From positions 1 to 64,000 of IMG/VR virus record IMGVR_UViG_3300033074_000614: a DNA stretch of 64,000 nt. One strand, given 5' to 3'. The number at the start of each line of letters is the position of its first letter. The stretch's first letter is position 1. This document shows positions 8,342 through 18,140 of this stretch, piece after piece. Source of the stretch: a virus. Lineage: Duplodnaviria > Caudoviricetes. The notes under the pieces were generated by a model. The model searched no databases. It was not told the DNA's origin and was given only the letters and a program-made list of their open reading frames with translations. The position numbers were made by a program, and so were the translations under genes.

Positions 8342-9629
8342 TCTTAAATACATATCCGAATCTTTGCGGCCATTGGCTTTGCCCATCGCGTCGCTGGTAC
8401 ACGATGCCGCAAACGCTCGCAAGCATAACGAGCGGAACCTAGAAGCGATCAGGCAAAGCCTCCACCGATTCGGCCAACGCAAGCCGATCATCGTGCAAAA
8501 GAAGGGAATGATCGTCCGCGCGGGCAACGGCACAATGGAGGCGGCGAAGTCGCTAGGCTGGACTCATCTCGCGTGCAACGTGATAGACGAGGACTCGACC
8601 GATGCGACTTCCTTCGCCATTGCCGACAATCGCACCGCCGAACTTGCAGAGTGGGATGAGGAAACGCTGGCGAGCCTATTGCAGTCGCTTCCCACAGAGT
8701 CGCAGGTCGCTGCCGGTTTTGACGAGAACGAACTGAACGAACTCCTGTCCAGCCTCACCCCCGAAGTCGCGCAGGACACAGTTCCCGAGCCGCCTACTGC
8801 CCCCGTGTCGCGTTCTGGCGACCTGTGGCTATGTGGGGAGCATCGGGTGCTATGCGGGGACTCGACGAAAGCGGAGGATGTGGGGAGGCTGATGGCGGGC
8901 AACAAGGCGGATTTGTGCTTCACTTCGCCGCCGTATGGGGCGGGCAATGTCGCCAAACTTCGGGACCACTATGTCAAAGGTGCAGATAAGCGGGAATCGT
9001 TTTATGTGAATCACGACGACAACCCTGATGGATGGATCGCGCTTATGCGAGGTTGGTTCGCGGCGGGCAGGCAATACGTCGATGCGGTCGCTTGTAACGT
9101 CCAAATGTTGGCCGACAACAAGGTTGACATGATCGAATGGCTACACGAACTGTCGGCAGATTTTGTTGATGTGGTGGTATGGGACAAAATCCACGGCGCG
9201 CCACAGATGCAAAAGAATGTGCTAACAAACTCGTTTGAGTTTCTATTTATATTCGGCGGCAACGGAAGCCGCTCTATCCCATTAGCTTCGTTTCACGGCA
9301 GCGTTTCAAATGTGTTCAGACTCGACCCCAAAGGCGCGAATGACAATGCAGATGTACACCGTGCGACCATGCCCATTGCATTCCCTGTATGGGTCATGTC
9401 CGAACTTTTTTCCAAGTCCAACAGTGTGTACGAACCATTTTGCGGAACAGGCACCACACTCATCGCAGCCGAGCAGATTGGCCGCAAGTGCTATGGCATG
9501 GAAATCAGCCCGCAGTATGTAGATGTAATCGTCACGCGCTGGGAGAAGTTGACCGGCAAACAGGCGACGCTGGAAGCTACGGGCGAGACGTTCGCAGATA
9601 CAAAGACAAAGCGGGAGGCCAATGTCTGA
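8334..9629 (+). CDS. ParB/Srx-like domain fused to DNA methyltransferase
   Basis: N-terminal NARKH...FGQRKPIIV...AGNGT; then LCGDST, FTSPPY, YEPFCGTGTT. Usual position upstream of terminase. Confidence 0.9.
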   Translation: MSDLKYISESLRPLALPIASLVHDAANARKHNERNLEAIRQSLHRFGQRKPIIVQKKGMIVRAGNGTMEAAKSLGWTHLACNVIDEDSTDATSFAIADNRTAELAEWDEETLASLLQSLPTESQVAAGFDENELNELLSSLTPEVAQDTVPEPPTAPVSRSGDLWLCGEHRVLCGDSTKAEDVGRLMAGNKADLCFTSPPYGAGNVAKLRDHYVKGADKRESFYVNHDDNPDGWIALMRGWFAAGRQYVDAVACNVQMLADNKVDMIEWLHELSADFVDVVVWDKIHGAPQMQKNVLTNSFEFLFIFGGNGSRSIPLASFHGSVSNVFRLDPKGANDNADVHRATMPIAFPVWVMSELFSKSNSVYEPFCGTGTTLIAAEQIGRKCYGMEISPQYVDVIVTRWEKLTGKQATLEATGETFADTKTKREANV

Positions 9630-10032
9630 CCCCCACATCCAGCCAACGGTAGTCGGATCACTCGATATGGTGAGCGAAGTCGATCGCGGCGTACTGCGCA
9701 GAGCGGTAGGCGATGGTCCTAGCAACGGCAAACGGCGTTGGGGCGGGATCACGGACGAAAAGAAGCGGCAGTACATTCAGGCTCTTGACGTTGCGCTGCG
9801 GTTATCACTTGAGAAGAGCGATCAGCGCGGGGTCAATGGGTGTGTAAAGACGCTGGCGATGTTGGAGGGGCAGAATCAGGGCGATGAGCATTTAGAAATA
9901 CGAATCAAGTCTGAAGCCAAGAACACCGACCGCGACATTATCCGTACCGCACAAGTCGCACTTTCACCCGAACAATCCGACGCGCTCGCAAAGGTTGTCG
10001 ATGAACTCAGCGGGAAGTTAGGCGATGCGTGA
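9622..10032 (+). CDS. Putative terminase small subunit (module A)
   Basis: Assigned by position, overlapping the terL start; helical, 136 aa. Confidence 0.5.
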   Translation: MSDPHIQPTVVGSLDMVSEVDRGVLRRAVGDGPSNGKRRWGGITDEKKRQYIQALDVALRLSLEKSDQRGVNGCVKTLAMLEGQNQGDEHLEIRIKSEAKNTDRDIIRTAQVALSPEQSDALAKVVDELSGKLGDA

Positions 10033-11492
10033 TACTCACACCCGATCAAACTCTCAGGCTGGCGACCGCGCAACTGCCTCACACGATGGCGGAACACTCG
10101 ACGCGCGGACAGTGGAAGCCCTACCCGTATCTCAAGATGGTTTCTCGCATGATCGCGCGGGCAGTTGCCACTGGTGGAGGACGTTTGATATTCAGCCTGC
10201 CACCGCGTACCGGCAAGTCTGAATTGCTCACCCGCCACGTTCCCGCATGGTATCTCGAAAAATACCCGCACCTGAAAGTTATCAACTCTGCCCACAGCGT
10301 TGAACTCGCACGCTCACACGGGCGCGCCGTCCGCAATATGTTCAGCGACAACCCGTACTTCACGGTGAAGCTCAGCGACGATTCGACCAGCGCGAGCCGA
10401 TGGAACACCGAAGAGGGTGGCGGGATGTTCTGCGCTGGTGTCGGCACCGGCATCATGGGATTTGGCGGGCACCTGATTCTGGTGGACGATCCTTACCCCG
10501 GATGGGCAGAAGCCCACAGCCTGCAATACCGCAACAGGGTTCTCAATTGGTTTACGAACGATCTAATGAGCCGCCGCGAACCGGGGGCAACGGTGGTCAT
10601 TCTGCACCAGCGGATGCACGTAGACGACCTGACGGGCGTTCTAATGCGGGAACAGCCCGAAATCTGGACACACGTATCCATCCCGGCCATTGCCGAGGAA
10701 GGCGATCCATTGGGGCGCGCCGTTGGCGAGGCCATTTGCCCCGATCGGTACACCGTTGACGACCTGAACGCGATCCGCCGCACCCAAATCGGCGGGGATA
10801 GCGGTTGGCTCGCAATGTACCAGCAGCGACCCACACGAATCGGCAGCGGGCTGGCGTACAAGCGGTTTACTGACCGGCACATTGACGAGGCGGTTGCGTA
10901 CAACCCGAACCGGCCACTACAGGTATCTTTCGACTTCAATATCAGCCCCGGCATGTATTGCGAACTCGGCCAGTACGATGAACACACCGATCAATTCACG
11001 GTTGTGGAAGAGGTGTATGGCGAACGCGCAGACATGATCGAATGTCTCGACAAACTCACCCCGATATTGCTGGCCCACAAGTGGCCGGAGATTCAGATAT
11101 TCGGCGATGCCACGGGCGGGACTCAGCATTCGACTCAGACAGGCCGGACCAACTACGAAATGATCCGCAACCATCTAAGCCGCGTGGGGATTCACGCCGC
11201 TATGTTCCGCGTGCCTCAATCAAACCCGTATGTGATTGAGCGCGTGTCGATCGTGAATGACGCACTTGCCGATTTGGGTGGGGTCCACCACACCAGAATA
11301 CACCCGCGATGCACGCGACTCATTCGGGATATGACCGAACTGAAAACCGATGAGCACGGTCACCCGGACAAGTCGAACAAAGAACTTTCGCACGCGGCGG
11401 ACGCCTTCGGCTATCGCGTGTGTTACCAGCGGCCAATCGGCGGGCCAATGATTCAGCAGGTCGGCACGGTACTATTTGGAAGGGAATATTAA
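10029..11492 (+). CDS. terL: Terminase large subunit (module A)
   Basis: Walker A PPRTGKS, Walker B LILVDDP, QRMH motif, nuclease domain FDFN...HAADAFGY. Confidence 0.95.
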   Translation: MILTPDQTLRLATAQLPHTMAEHSTRGQWKPYPYLKMVSRMIARAVATGGGRLIFSLPPRTGKSELLTRHVPAWYLEKYPHLKVINSAHSVELARSHGRAVRNMFSDNPYFTVKLSDDSTSASRWNTEEGGGMFCAGVGTGIMGFGGHLILVDDPYPGWAEAHSLQYRNRVLNWFTNDLMSRREPGATVVILHQRMHVDDLTGVLMREQPEIWTHVSIPAIAEEGDPLGRAVGEAICPDRYTVDDLNAIRRTQIGGDSGWLAMYQQRPTRIGSGLAYKRFTDRHIDEAVAYNPNRPLQVSFDFNISPGMYCELGQYDEHTDQFTVVEEVYGERADMIECLDKLTPILLAHKWPEIQIFGDATGGTQHSTQTGRTNYEMIRNHLSRVGIHAAMFRVPQSNPYVIERVSIVNDALADLGGVHHTRIHPRCTRLIRDMTELKTDEHGHPDKSNKELSHAADAFGYRVCYQRPIGGPMIQQVGTVLFGREY

Positions 11493-12884
11493 ATGGGACT
11501 ACTCAACTTCATTTCTCAAATCACCGGCTTTGGCGGCTCAAAGATCGTGGACACCGCAACGCTTCAGGGCGACAACGTTGTAATCAGTGGCGGCATCGAA
11601 CACCACATTAACGAGATTGGCACGTTTGAGGAATACCGGCAGATGCGAACGGGGCCGACCATCGCACTGGCGCGGGCTATCACGCACTCGGCTATCCGCT
11701 CAGCCGATTGGCTGGTTGAGTCCGACGACGATGTGCCCGAAGAGGTGATTAAAGAGTACAAGGTTTTCTTCGACGGCTTGCGTACTGAAATGCTCCGCAA
11801 CATGATGTACTCGCTGGACTACGGGTTCCAAGTGATTCAGATTGTTTGGACGATTGACGACGATGGCGATGCGCAGGTCCAGCGAATCAAGCCGATCAAG
11901 CCCGATCTGGTGGCAAAGATCAATATCTTCGAGAACACCGGCAAGCTGGCGAGTATCGTGCTTGAGGGCGGCAAGGTACTTGAGGCTACAGAGGTAGTGC
12001 TAGTCACCTACGACAGCGAGGGTAACGACCCGTTCGGGCGCTCACGCTACGAGAACATCCGCATTTACGCTTGGTTGCCGTGGAAGACAGCGGCCAAGCG
12101 CTGCGCCCAATACATGGTGAAAATGGCGGGCGTCCTGCCGATCATCAAATACCCAATGGGCGAGAACAAAACGGCTAAAGGCGAAACGCTGAACAATGCT
12201 GAAATCGCGGGCCGGATGCTCGATGGTCTGCCGCTCGGCAAGGGCATCGCAATTCCCACCGTGCTTATGAACTTCGCGGGCGATATGAAAAACAGCGGGG
12301 CGAAGATCGAAGACCTGATGGCGTGGAAGGTGGAATTTCTCGACGCGAAATCGGGGGCAGGTGCTGAAATCCTCGACGTTATGAAGCACTACGAGTCGCT
12401 CCAAATGCGCGGGCTGTTCGTTCCAGAACGCGCGGCAATTGAGGGCAGCACGGGCACCAAGGCCGAGGCCGAGGCGCATGCAAGCGTAATGATCGACACG
12501 GCGCAGGAAGACGCTAGCGGGTTTGCAGACACGTTCAATAAGCAATTGGGCGACCGCTGGCTGGTTGAGAACTTCGGCGAAAGTATGCGGGGCAAAGTGC
12601 GGGCAAAGGCTACAGCGATTGCCGATGATCGTCGCGCGGTTCTCGAAACCATCCTGATTAACTACCTGAACAATCCGGCGAACATCGAAACGGTTGAACA
12701 GATTGTTGACTTCGACGCATTGATGGATCAGGCGGACGTGCCCAAGCGGGAGAAGGTTGTAGACGCGGCGGAACCCGTAGAGGCACCGGCAGAACTTCCC
12801 AAGCCCGATCCGGATACCGTCAAGCTCTCTCGCAATGCGAACGCACTGGCGAGGTTTATGCGTCAAATGGTGGCAGAAGTTTGA
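11493..12884 (+). CDS. Portal protein, Mu gp29/DUF935-like (module A)
   Basis: Follows terL, 463 aa; LDYGFQVIQIVW, DPFGRSRYEN. Confidence 0.85.
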   Translation: MGLLNFISQITGFGGSKIVDTATLQGDNVVISGGIEHHINEIGTFEEYRQMRTGPTIALARAITHSAIRSADWLVESDDDVPEEVIKEYKVFFDGLRTEMLRNMMYSLDYGFQVIQIVWTIDDDGDAQVQRIKPIKPDLVAKINIFENTGKLASIVLEGGKVLEATEVVLVTYDSEGNDPFGRSRYENIRIYAWLPWKTAAKRCAQYMVKMAGVLPIIKYPMGENKTAKGETLNNAEIAGRMLDGLPLGKGIAIPTVLMNFAGDMKNSGAKIEDLMAWKVEFLDAKSGAGAEILDVMKHYESLQMRGLFVPERAAIEGSTGTKAEAEAHASVMIDTAQEDASGFADTFNKQLGDRWLVENFGESMRGKVRAKATAIADDRRAVLETILINYLNNPANIETVEQIVDFDALMDQADVPKREKVVDAAEPVEAPAELPKPDPDTVKLSRNANALARFMRQMVAEV

Positions 12885-13804
12885 ACCGTGCCGCCAAAAA
12901 ACGAGTCATGGCGATGGACGCCGAACGCGAGGCAGTGGTAGACATTGCACAGCGGATGACGCGCCCGGTTATCGTCCAACTTCGGCGCGGACTTATCGAG
13001 GCGTTCAAAGATGGCCGCAAGCCTGACAAGGTTTTTGCACAAGCTCGCAAGCAAATCGAGAACATCACAAACGAGGGGATGCTCGCGGCACACGTGGCGG
13101 CTACGGCCAACACTGCGCAGATGATTGCGAAGGTGCGGGGGATCAAACTTGACCGCACAGCACTATCTCCGATGATGGATCGACTCAAGAAAATCGCGGA
13201 CCTGACCGGCAGCGACTTGAACGAAATCAGGGCGCGGTATGCGGTACGCGCGGCGGATACGAGTGACGATGCGATTGCAGCGGCTCAGGAATTGATCGGT
13301 AGCAAAGCACGCGAGATAGCGGCGAAGGGGCTTGGAACGCGCGACGGTGTATCTGCACTACGCGAGGCGATGGATTCAGCGGGATTGGGTACGCAAAACC
13401 CGCGACTATTGGAAACGGTCTACCGCACAGAGTTCTCGGTTGCTTACAACGGGGCGCGGTTACAGGCGAATGAAGCACCGGAGTTGGATGAAATCATCGT
13501 GGCTTACCAATACGTCACGGTGGGCGATGATCGGGTGCGTCCGACTCATGCGGCGTTGGATGGTGCAACGTTCGCAAAGAATGATCCGAAGTGGAAGACG
13601 CTTGCTCCACCGAACGGCTGGAACTGCCGTTGTTCATTCATTGAAATATTAGACAACGAAGACTTTACCCCCAACCCACCCCCAAAGTTCACCAACGATG
13701 GCGGCGTGAAGGTGCCAGTTGTGCCGGATGACGGGTTCGGATTTAACCCTTCATCAATTGGGCGGAACATATCGACCGGACTCAGTGCAAGAAACGCTCA
13801 TTGA
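12881..13804 (+). CDS. MuF/SPP1 gp7-like head morphogenesis protein (module A)
   Basis: RLLETVYRTE...YQYVTVGDDRVRPTHAALDG...PPNGWNCRC. Confidence 0.92.
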   Translation: MNRAAKKRVMAMDAEREAVVDIAQRMTRPVIVQLRRGLIEAFKDGRKPDKVFAQARKQIENITNEGMLAAHVAATANTAQMIAKVRGIKLDRTALSPMMDRLKKIADLTGSDLNEIRARYAVRAADTSDDAIAAAQELIGSKAREIAAKGLGTRDGVSALREAMDSAGLGTQNPRLLETVYRTEFSVAYNGARLQANEAPELDEIIVAYQYVTVGDDRVRPTHAALDGATFAKNDPKWKTLAPPNGWNCRCSFIEILDNEDFTPNPPPKFTNDGGVKVPVVPDDGFGFNPSSIGRNISTGLSARNAH

Positions 13805-14049
13805 GGCTTAGTACAAAAGTCGGCGTGAATTTCAAACTTGAACCGCTCAAGGTGCCGACCGACAAAAACATCCATGCCGTTGAATTTGTCTATCGACTTC
13901 GCGCCGATCGGTATCGGATGCCCGTCCGATCGCAGGTCTTCAACGAACTCTTCCATGTTCCACACCACAAGAGAGAACTCGCCCGGCCCCGAAGATTTCT
14001 CAAGGTCGGTACGCCATTCAATAATCGTTTTCTCTAGTCCGTGTCCCAT
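13798..14049 (-). CDS. Hypothetical protein (antisense moron, module A only)
   Basis: MGHGLEKTIIEW... fills the gap between MuF and protease that is absent in module B. Start uncertain. Confidence 0.45.
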   Translation of the reverse strand: MGHGLEKTIIEWRTDLEKSSGPGEFSLVVWNMEEFVEDLRSDGHPIPIGAKSIDKFNGMDVFVGRHLERFKFEIHADFCTKPQ

Positions 14050-14075
14050 AGATTTAACCCGGCGAATGTGGGGCG

Positions 14076-14276
14076 TTAGGAAGTTCTCTCTAGTTCCATT
14101 GACCAAATCGACATTATAAACAGAAACAGAAATTCCGTGGCAAGCACCTTGAGAACGACCGGGCACTGGCCGGGAAGTTCGACCGATGCGTCAAACCAAA
14201 GCGCATAAATAATCGTTGCAATCATCAGAACACCGCCTGCGACCATGCTCATTTTCAATAGTCTCTTTATGCTCAT
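14076..14276 (-). CDS. Small 2-TM membrane protein (antisense moron, module A only)
   Basis: MSIKRLLKMSMVAGGVLMIATIIYALWF...EFLFLFIMSIW, two hydrophobic segments. Confidence 0.55.
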   Translation of the reverse strand: MSIKRLLKMSMVAGGVLMIATIIYALWFDASVELPGQCPVVLKVLATEFLFLFIMSIWSMELERTS

Positions 14277-14348
14277 ACACAACTATATACCGACCAATGA
14301 TTAGACAGCCAGCCTAGATTCTAAAAATCTCCCTACACACTATCTGGC

Positions 14349-15425
14349 GTGGAGAAAAACGCCAATCTTCCGCTTGTGTTCAGTTCTAGCTCGGCAGTTA
14401 TCGCCATTGGCGAGGCTCGTACCGGCGAGGGCGGTCAACCCGTCCGCACATTCAAGAAGGAAATCGTACAGGCCGGACAGTGGCGGCATCCCGCAGACGG
14501 TCAGCTAATCGACATTCCGCAGGCTCGCTTGTCACACTGGAAAGCCCAGTTTGATCGGATGGACGCCAACGGCATGAAGGTCTATGCACCTTCGGACCAC
14601 ACCCGCCAACCAGACGCTAATCGCGGATGGGTTACGGCGATGGAAGTGGTGGACGACAAGCTGGTAGCGACAATGGATTTGATCGGCGAGGACGCTATCA
14701 AACTCGCAAGCCGTATCGACGTTTCAATTCAAGCCCGCGACCTGAAAGATGGCAAAGGGAACAAATACCCCGACGCTATCGAGCATGTCGCATTGGTTGC
14801 AGACCCCGTTATCACTGGTCTGGAACCGTTCGTTATTCAGCTTTCACGGGCAAAAACCCTAGGTCTTTCAATCGGAGGCAGTGCAATGGAATCACTCAAG
14901 AAAATCGCCGCAGCTATGGGCATCGAAGCTGGCGAAATGGACGAAAACGACCTTACCGCCGCGATCATGGCTCATTGGGGAAAGTCCAAGGGCGAGAGCG
15001 ACAAAATCTCTATGTCCCTGAACAGCGTTCAATCCGAGAACGCCACCCTGAAACTTTCAGCCAAGCCCGTCGAAGTCGATCCTGACGTGCTGGAATCAGC
15101 CGCAAGTGGCGTAGAAGCCGAACTTTCGATGCTCGTTATGAGCCGCCAAATCACCCCGGCACAGAAGAAACTCTGGTCTGACCTGCTTTGCGGCACCGAG
15201 GCCAATCGCCCCGCGCTCATGCTCAGCCGCAAGGCCGCACAAGCCGCTGGATTTACCGCTCCGCAGTCCAAGCCGATCCTCGACATTCTCAAACAGGCAC
15301 CTAAGCCCGATGGCTCTGGCGAAACCCTGTCACTTTCACGCGAAGGCGGCACCGATAGCGACGAACTCAGCAAAGAGGAAGTCGAGAAGATCAACGCAGA
15401 CGTTAAAGCCCAACTCGGTCGGTAA
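14349..15425 (+). CDS. Prohead protease/scaffold, Mu gpI-like (module A)
   Basis: KEIVQAGQW...DHT...NRGWV...IEHVALVADPVI. Internal GGAGG plus in-frame ATG at 14886 for a scaffold. Confidence 0.85.
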   Translation: MEKNANLPLVFSSSSAVIAIGEARTGEGGQPVRTFKKEIVQAGQWRHPADGQLIDIPQARLSHWKAQFDRMDANGMKVYAPSDHTRQPDANRGWVTAMEVVDDKLVATMDLIGEDAIKLASRIDVSIQARDLKDGKGNKYPDAIEHVALVADPVITGLEPFVIQLSRAKTLGLSIGGSAMESLKKIAAAMGIEAGEMDENDLTAAIMAHWGKSKGESDKISMSLNSVQSENATLKLSAKPVEVDPDVLESAASGVEAELSMLVMSRQITPAQKKLWSDLLCGTEANRPALMLSRKAAQAAGFTAPQSKPILDILKQAPKPDGSGETLSLSREGGTDSDELSKEEVEKINADVKAQLGR

Positions 15426-15459
15426 TCAACAAACGCACACACCTCTTGGAGTCTGATTC

Positions 15460-16503
15460 ATGCTTAATAACGCTCCCGGCATTCCCGGAATCTCAAGTCT
15501 CGTAACGGCAGGCTCACGCGAAGTCTGGGCGGGCGATGATCGCCAGTACAAGCCCGGCGTTCACACCATCGACGGTGCGCTTTCCCGCGATACGGGCAAC
15601 ACCGGCAACCTCGACTTCCTCCGCGCTGGCCTGCTCATGGGCAAGGTTACTTCTGGCGGCAAATATGCCCCGTCGATCCTTGGTCTGACCGGCACAGCCT
15701 ACGCATCTGGTACAACCTTGAACCTCGCACCGGCTACCGCCGTTGAATTGGTCCGCCGCGTTGGCGCAACCGGCACTTTCAAAGTGACCGGCCCACCGTC
15801 CGTCGCTGGCACAAGCCGCACCGCAACAGTCGCCTACTCGGCTGTCAATCAGGGCACCGGCGATGTGACAATCACCGCACTTGGCGCTGATCAGGTCGAG
15901 CGCATCCGCTTCAATATCGCCTCCACTGGCGGCAATCTCCAGTTGAACGTCGCTAAGCCTGACGGCACATTCGTCACAACCGCTAACGCCGCTTGGAACG
16001 CAACCGACGCGACCTACCTCGCTGCGATCAACTCAGCACTCGACACCGCAACCGGCGTTGTCGGCGGCATCGTCGCTACCGCAATCTCGGCCACTGATAC
16101 TGACCTTGGCATCACCCTCACCTACTCAGGCACCGGCTACGCGGGCCTCGCATGGCGCGCCGCTCAGGTTGTGGTTATCCCCACCTCTTCCACCGAAGCC
16201 CTCTACGAACCCGTTACTACCGCAGTCCCCCGCGCCTTGGTCGCAGGCTCGCTTGTCCGCCCCACCGATGGCAGCGAAACGGCTTTGACATTCATCGACA
16301 ACGGCGATTATCCGCTCAAGGTCACAGACGTTTACAACGCAAGCATTGACGTTGACTTTGGCCCATTCCCGGTCGGCGGGTTGGTCACATGCAGCAACTT
16401 CATTCACTGGCCTGCCGACACCTCGACCCGCGCCGCTCTCCAAGCTGAATTGAACGCCGTCACTGGCGGACGTTTCCTGTTCACCGATCGTTACGACGCC
16501 TAA
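15460..16503 (+). CDS. Head decoration protein (lambda gpD-like core with large insertion; module A)
   Basis: AGLLMGKVTSGGKYAP...DGSETALTFI; lies between protease and capsid genes. Confidence 0.75.
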   Translation: MLNNAPGIPGISSLVTAGSREVWAGDDRQYKPGVHTIDGALSRDTGNTGNLDFLRAGLLMGKVTSGGKYAPSILGLTGTAYASGTTLNLAPATAVELVRRVGATGTFKVTGPPSVAGTSRTATVAYSAVNQGTGDVTITALGADQVERIRFNIASTGGNLQLNVAKPDGTFVTTANAAWNATDATYLAAINSALDTATGVVGGIVATAISATDTDLGITLTYSGTGYAGLAWRAAQVVVIPTSSTEALYEPVTTAVPRALVAGSLVRPTDGSETALTFIDNGDYPLKVTDVYNASIDVDFGPFPVGGLVTCSNFIHWPADTSTRAALQAELNAVTGGRFLFTDRYDA

Positions 16504-16554
16504 TTAGAACGCACACACGCGGCGCAGGCCGTGCAAATCTCTGGAGTCCCTCGC

Positions 16555-17640
16555 ATGACCGTCAATATGAACACGCTGATTGGTACGCCCAAACTGATGG
16601 CAACCATCAACAGTCCCGCGATGGGATTGAAGAAAGCCTTTGATGAAAAGTTCTTCTCTCTGCGCGAAAACGCGGATAGCCAGACTTTCAAATGGGAACA
16701 GGTGCCGATTACTCAGACGACCGCTGCCGCCGTTTCCTACGGCTCGCCCGCTCGCCCAGCGCCCAAGACCGATATGAACGAACGGGACGGGCGTTGTATC
16801 CACCTCTTTGAGTCGTTGACTCACAGCGGCCAGACACTTGTAGACCTGCAAAGCGATGTGCAAGAGACACGCGATCGCGCGGCCGGCGACTTCACTCGTC
16901 AGGCCGTCAACTTCGGTCTGCGGTTCGACAACACCGAAATCGCATCGGTGGCCTCCGTCCTCTCGCAGGGCGTGATCTATCAGGGCGCAAACGGTCACAT
17001 TCAGCTTACATCATCCGGTGCGGTTCGCACAATCAGCCTCGGTCGTCCGGCAGCCAATATGAATCAGTGCGGCGGACTTATCACCGCTTCATGGGCAACG
17101 GCTGGAACCGACATTCTCGGCAACATTCTCAGCATCCTCTCGGCAATGTCCAACGCTGGCCGTCCGTGCAAGAAGATCATGTACGGCACGAACATCCCCG
17201 GCTACATGCGTGGCAATACCGCAATCAGCGGCATGTCCTCAAAGAGTTCGTGGCTTGCCGATCAACTCGCACAGTCACGCCTCCCCGTTGGATTCGGCGA
17301 TCCCGCCAATCAGGTCGTTTGGGAACCAATCTGGAACTCATTCTTCAAGGATGCAAGCGGCACAACCCGCACATTCTTCGATGGCGACGCTGTTCTCTTC
17401 CTGCCGGAAGTCGATAAGACTTGGTACACGATGGTTGACGGTGCGGCGATTGTCCCGACCAAGGTCGGACTCGCTGGTAACCCCGCAGAAGCCGCCGCAA
17501 GCCTCAAGAAGGTTCGCGGTAAGTTCAGCTATGCACGAATCAACGACAATCCCGTGAGCGTCGATCAATTCTTCGGTCACTCATTCCTTCCCGTCCTGCT
17601 CGATCCTGCGGCGTTCTACACCGCTGACGTTATTCCCTAA
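16555..17640 (+). CDS. Major capsid protein (module A)
   Basis: 361 aa, GGAG RBS, follows decoration gene, followed by terminator; strongly conserved paralog at 53054. Confidence 0.85.
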   Translation: MTVNMNTLIGTPKLMATINSPAMGLKKAFDEKFFSLRENADSQTFKWEQVPITQTTAAAVSYGSPARPAPKTDMNERDGRCIHLFESLTHSGQTLVDLQSDVQETRDRAAGDFTRQAVNFGLRFDNTEIASVASVLSQGVIYQGANGHIQLTSSGAVRTISLGRPAANMNQCGGLITASWATAGTDILGNILSILSAMSNAGRPCKKIMYGTNIPGYMRGNTAISGMSSKSSWLADQLAQSRLPVGFGDPANQVVWEPIWNSFFKDASGTTRTFFDGDAVLFLPEVDKTWYTMVDGAAIVPTKVGLAGNPAEAAASLKKVRGKFSYARINDNPVSVDQFFGHSFLPVLLDPAAFYTADVIP

Positions 17641-17675
17641 TTGATTCTTCCCGGCTAGGCCGGACCTTTCCTCCG

Positions 17676-17710
17676 TGCCCCGCTGGTCAAACTGGCGGGG
17701 CATTTGTTTT
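17676..17710 (+). terminator. Rho-independent terminator after capsid gene A
   Basis: TGCCCCGCTGG-TCAAA-CTGGCGGGGCA then TTTGTTTTT; conserved at 54176. Confidence 0.75.
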
Positions 17711-17711
17711 T

Positions 17712-18140
17712 ATGGGCACATACGCATCACAATCCGATTTAGAGTCCGTGTTCGGCACGGTGAATATCGCCAAGTGGTCGCAGCTTGACGCGACGACTGA
17801 CAACACCACGGCGGACACCGTGAGAATTGCGGCGGCTATCGCCTATGCCGAGAGCGAAATAAACGACCGCTTTCGCACCTCTCGCTATCAGGTTCCGCTG
17901 GTCGCCAATTCCACCATGCCGCGTTCGCTAGTCCATTGGGTTTGCGTTGGCGCTGGCCTCTGGCTCTACCGATCCAAAAACATGGATTCCTCAAGCGATC
18001 AGGCGTCTACGTACGAGTCGATGGAATTGCGGGTAAACGACGAAATCAACTCATATCTCAGCGGGCAGCGGGAACTTGATTGTGTGAGTAAGTCCAGCGG
18101 GGGCAGCAGGATGACAGCAGCCCCAACGGTGTTTATGTGA
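17712..18140 (+). CDS. Head-tail connector, Mu gp36/DUF1320-like (module A)
   Basis: MGTYASQSDL...IAAAIAYAESEINDRF...RYQVPL; position after capsid gene. Confidence 0.8.
   Translation: MGTYASQSDLESVFGTVNIAKWSQLDATTDNTTADTVRIAAAIAYAESEINDRFRTSRYQVPLVANSTMPRSLVHWVCVGAGLWLYRSKNMDSSSDQASTYESMELRVNDEINSYLSGQRELDCVSKSSGGSRMTAAPTVFM

Noticed and set aside
13798-14282. Single frameshifted gene made of the two antisense ORFs
   Set aside because: The upstream ORF reads as a complete 2-TM protein and no slippery site was found; treated as two genes.
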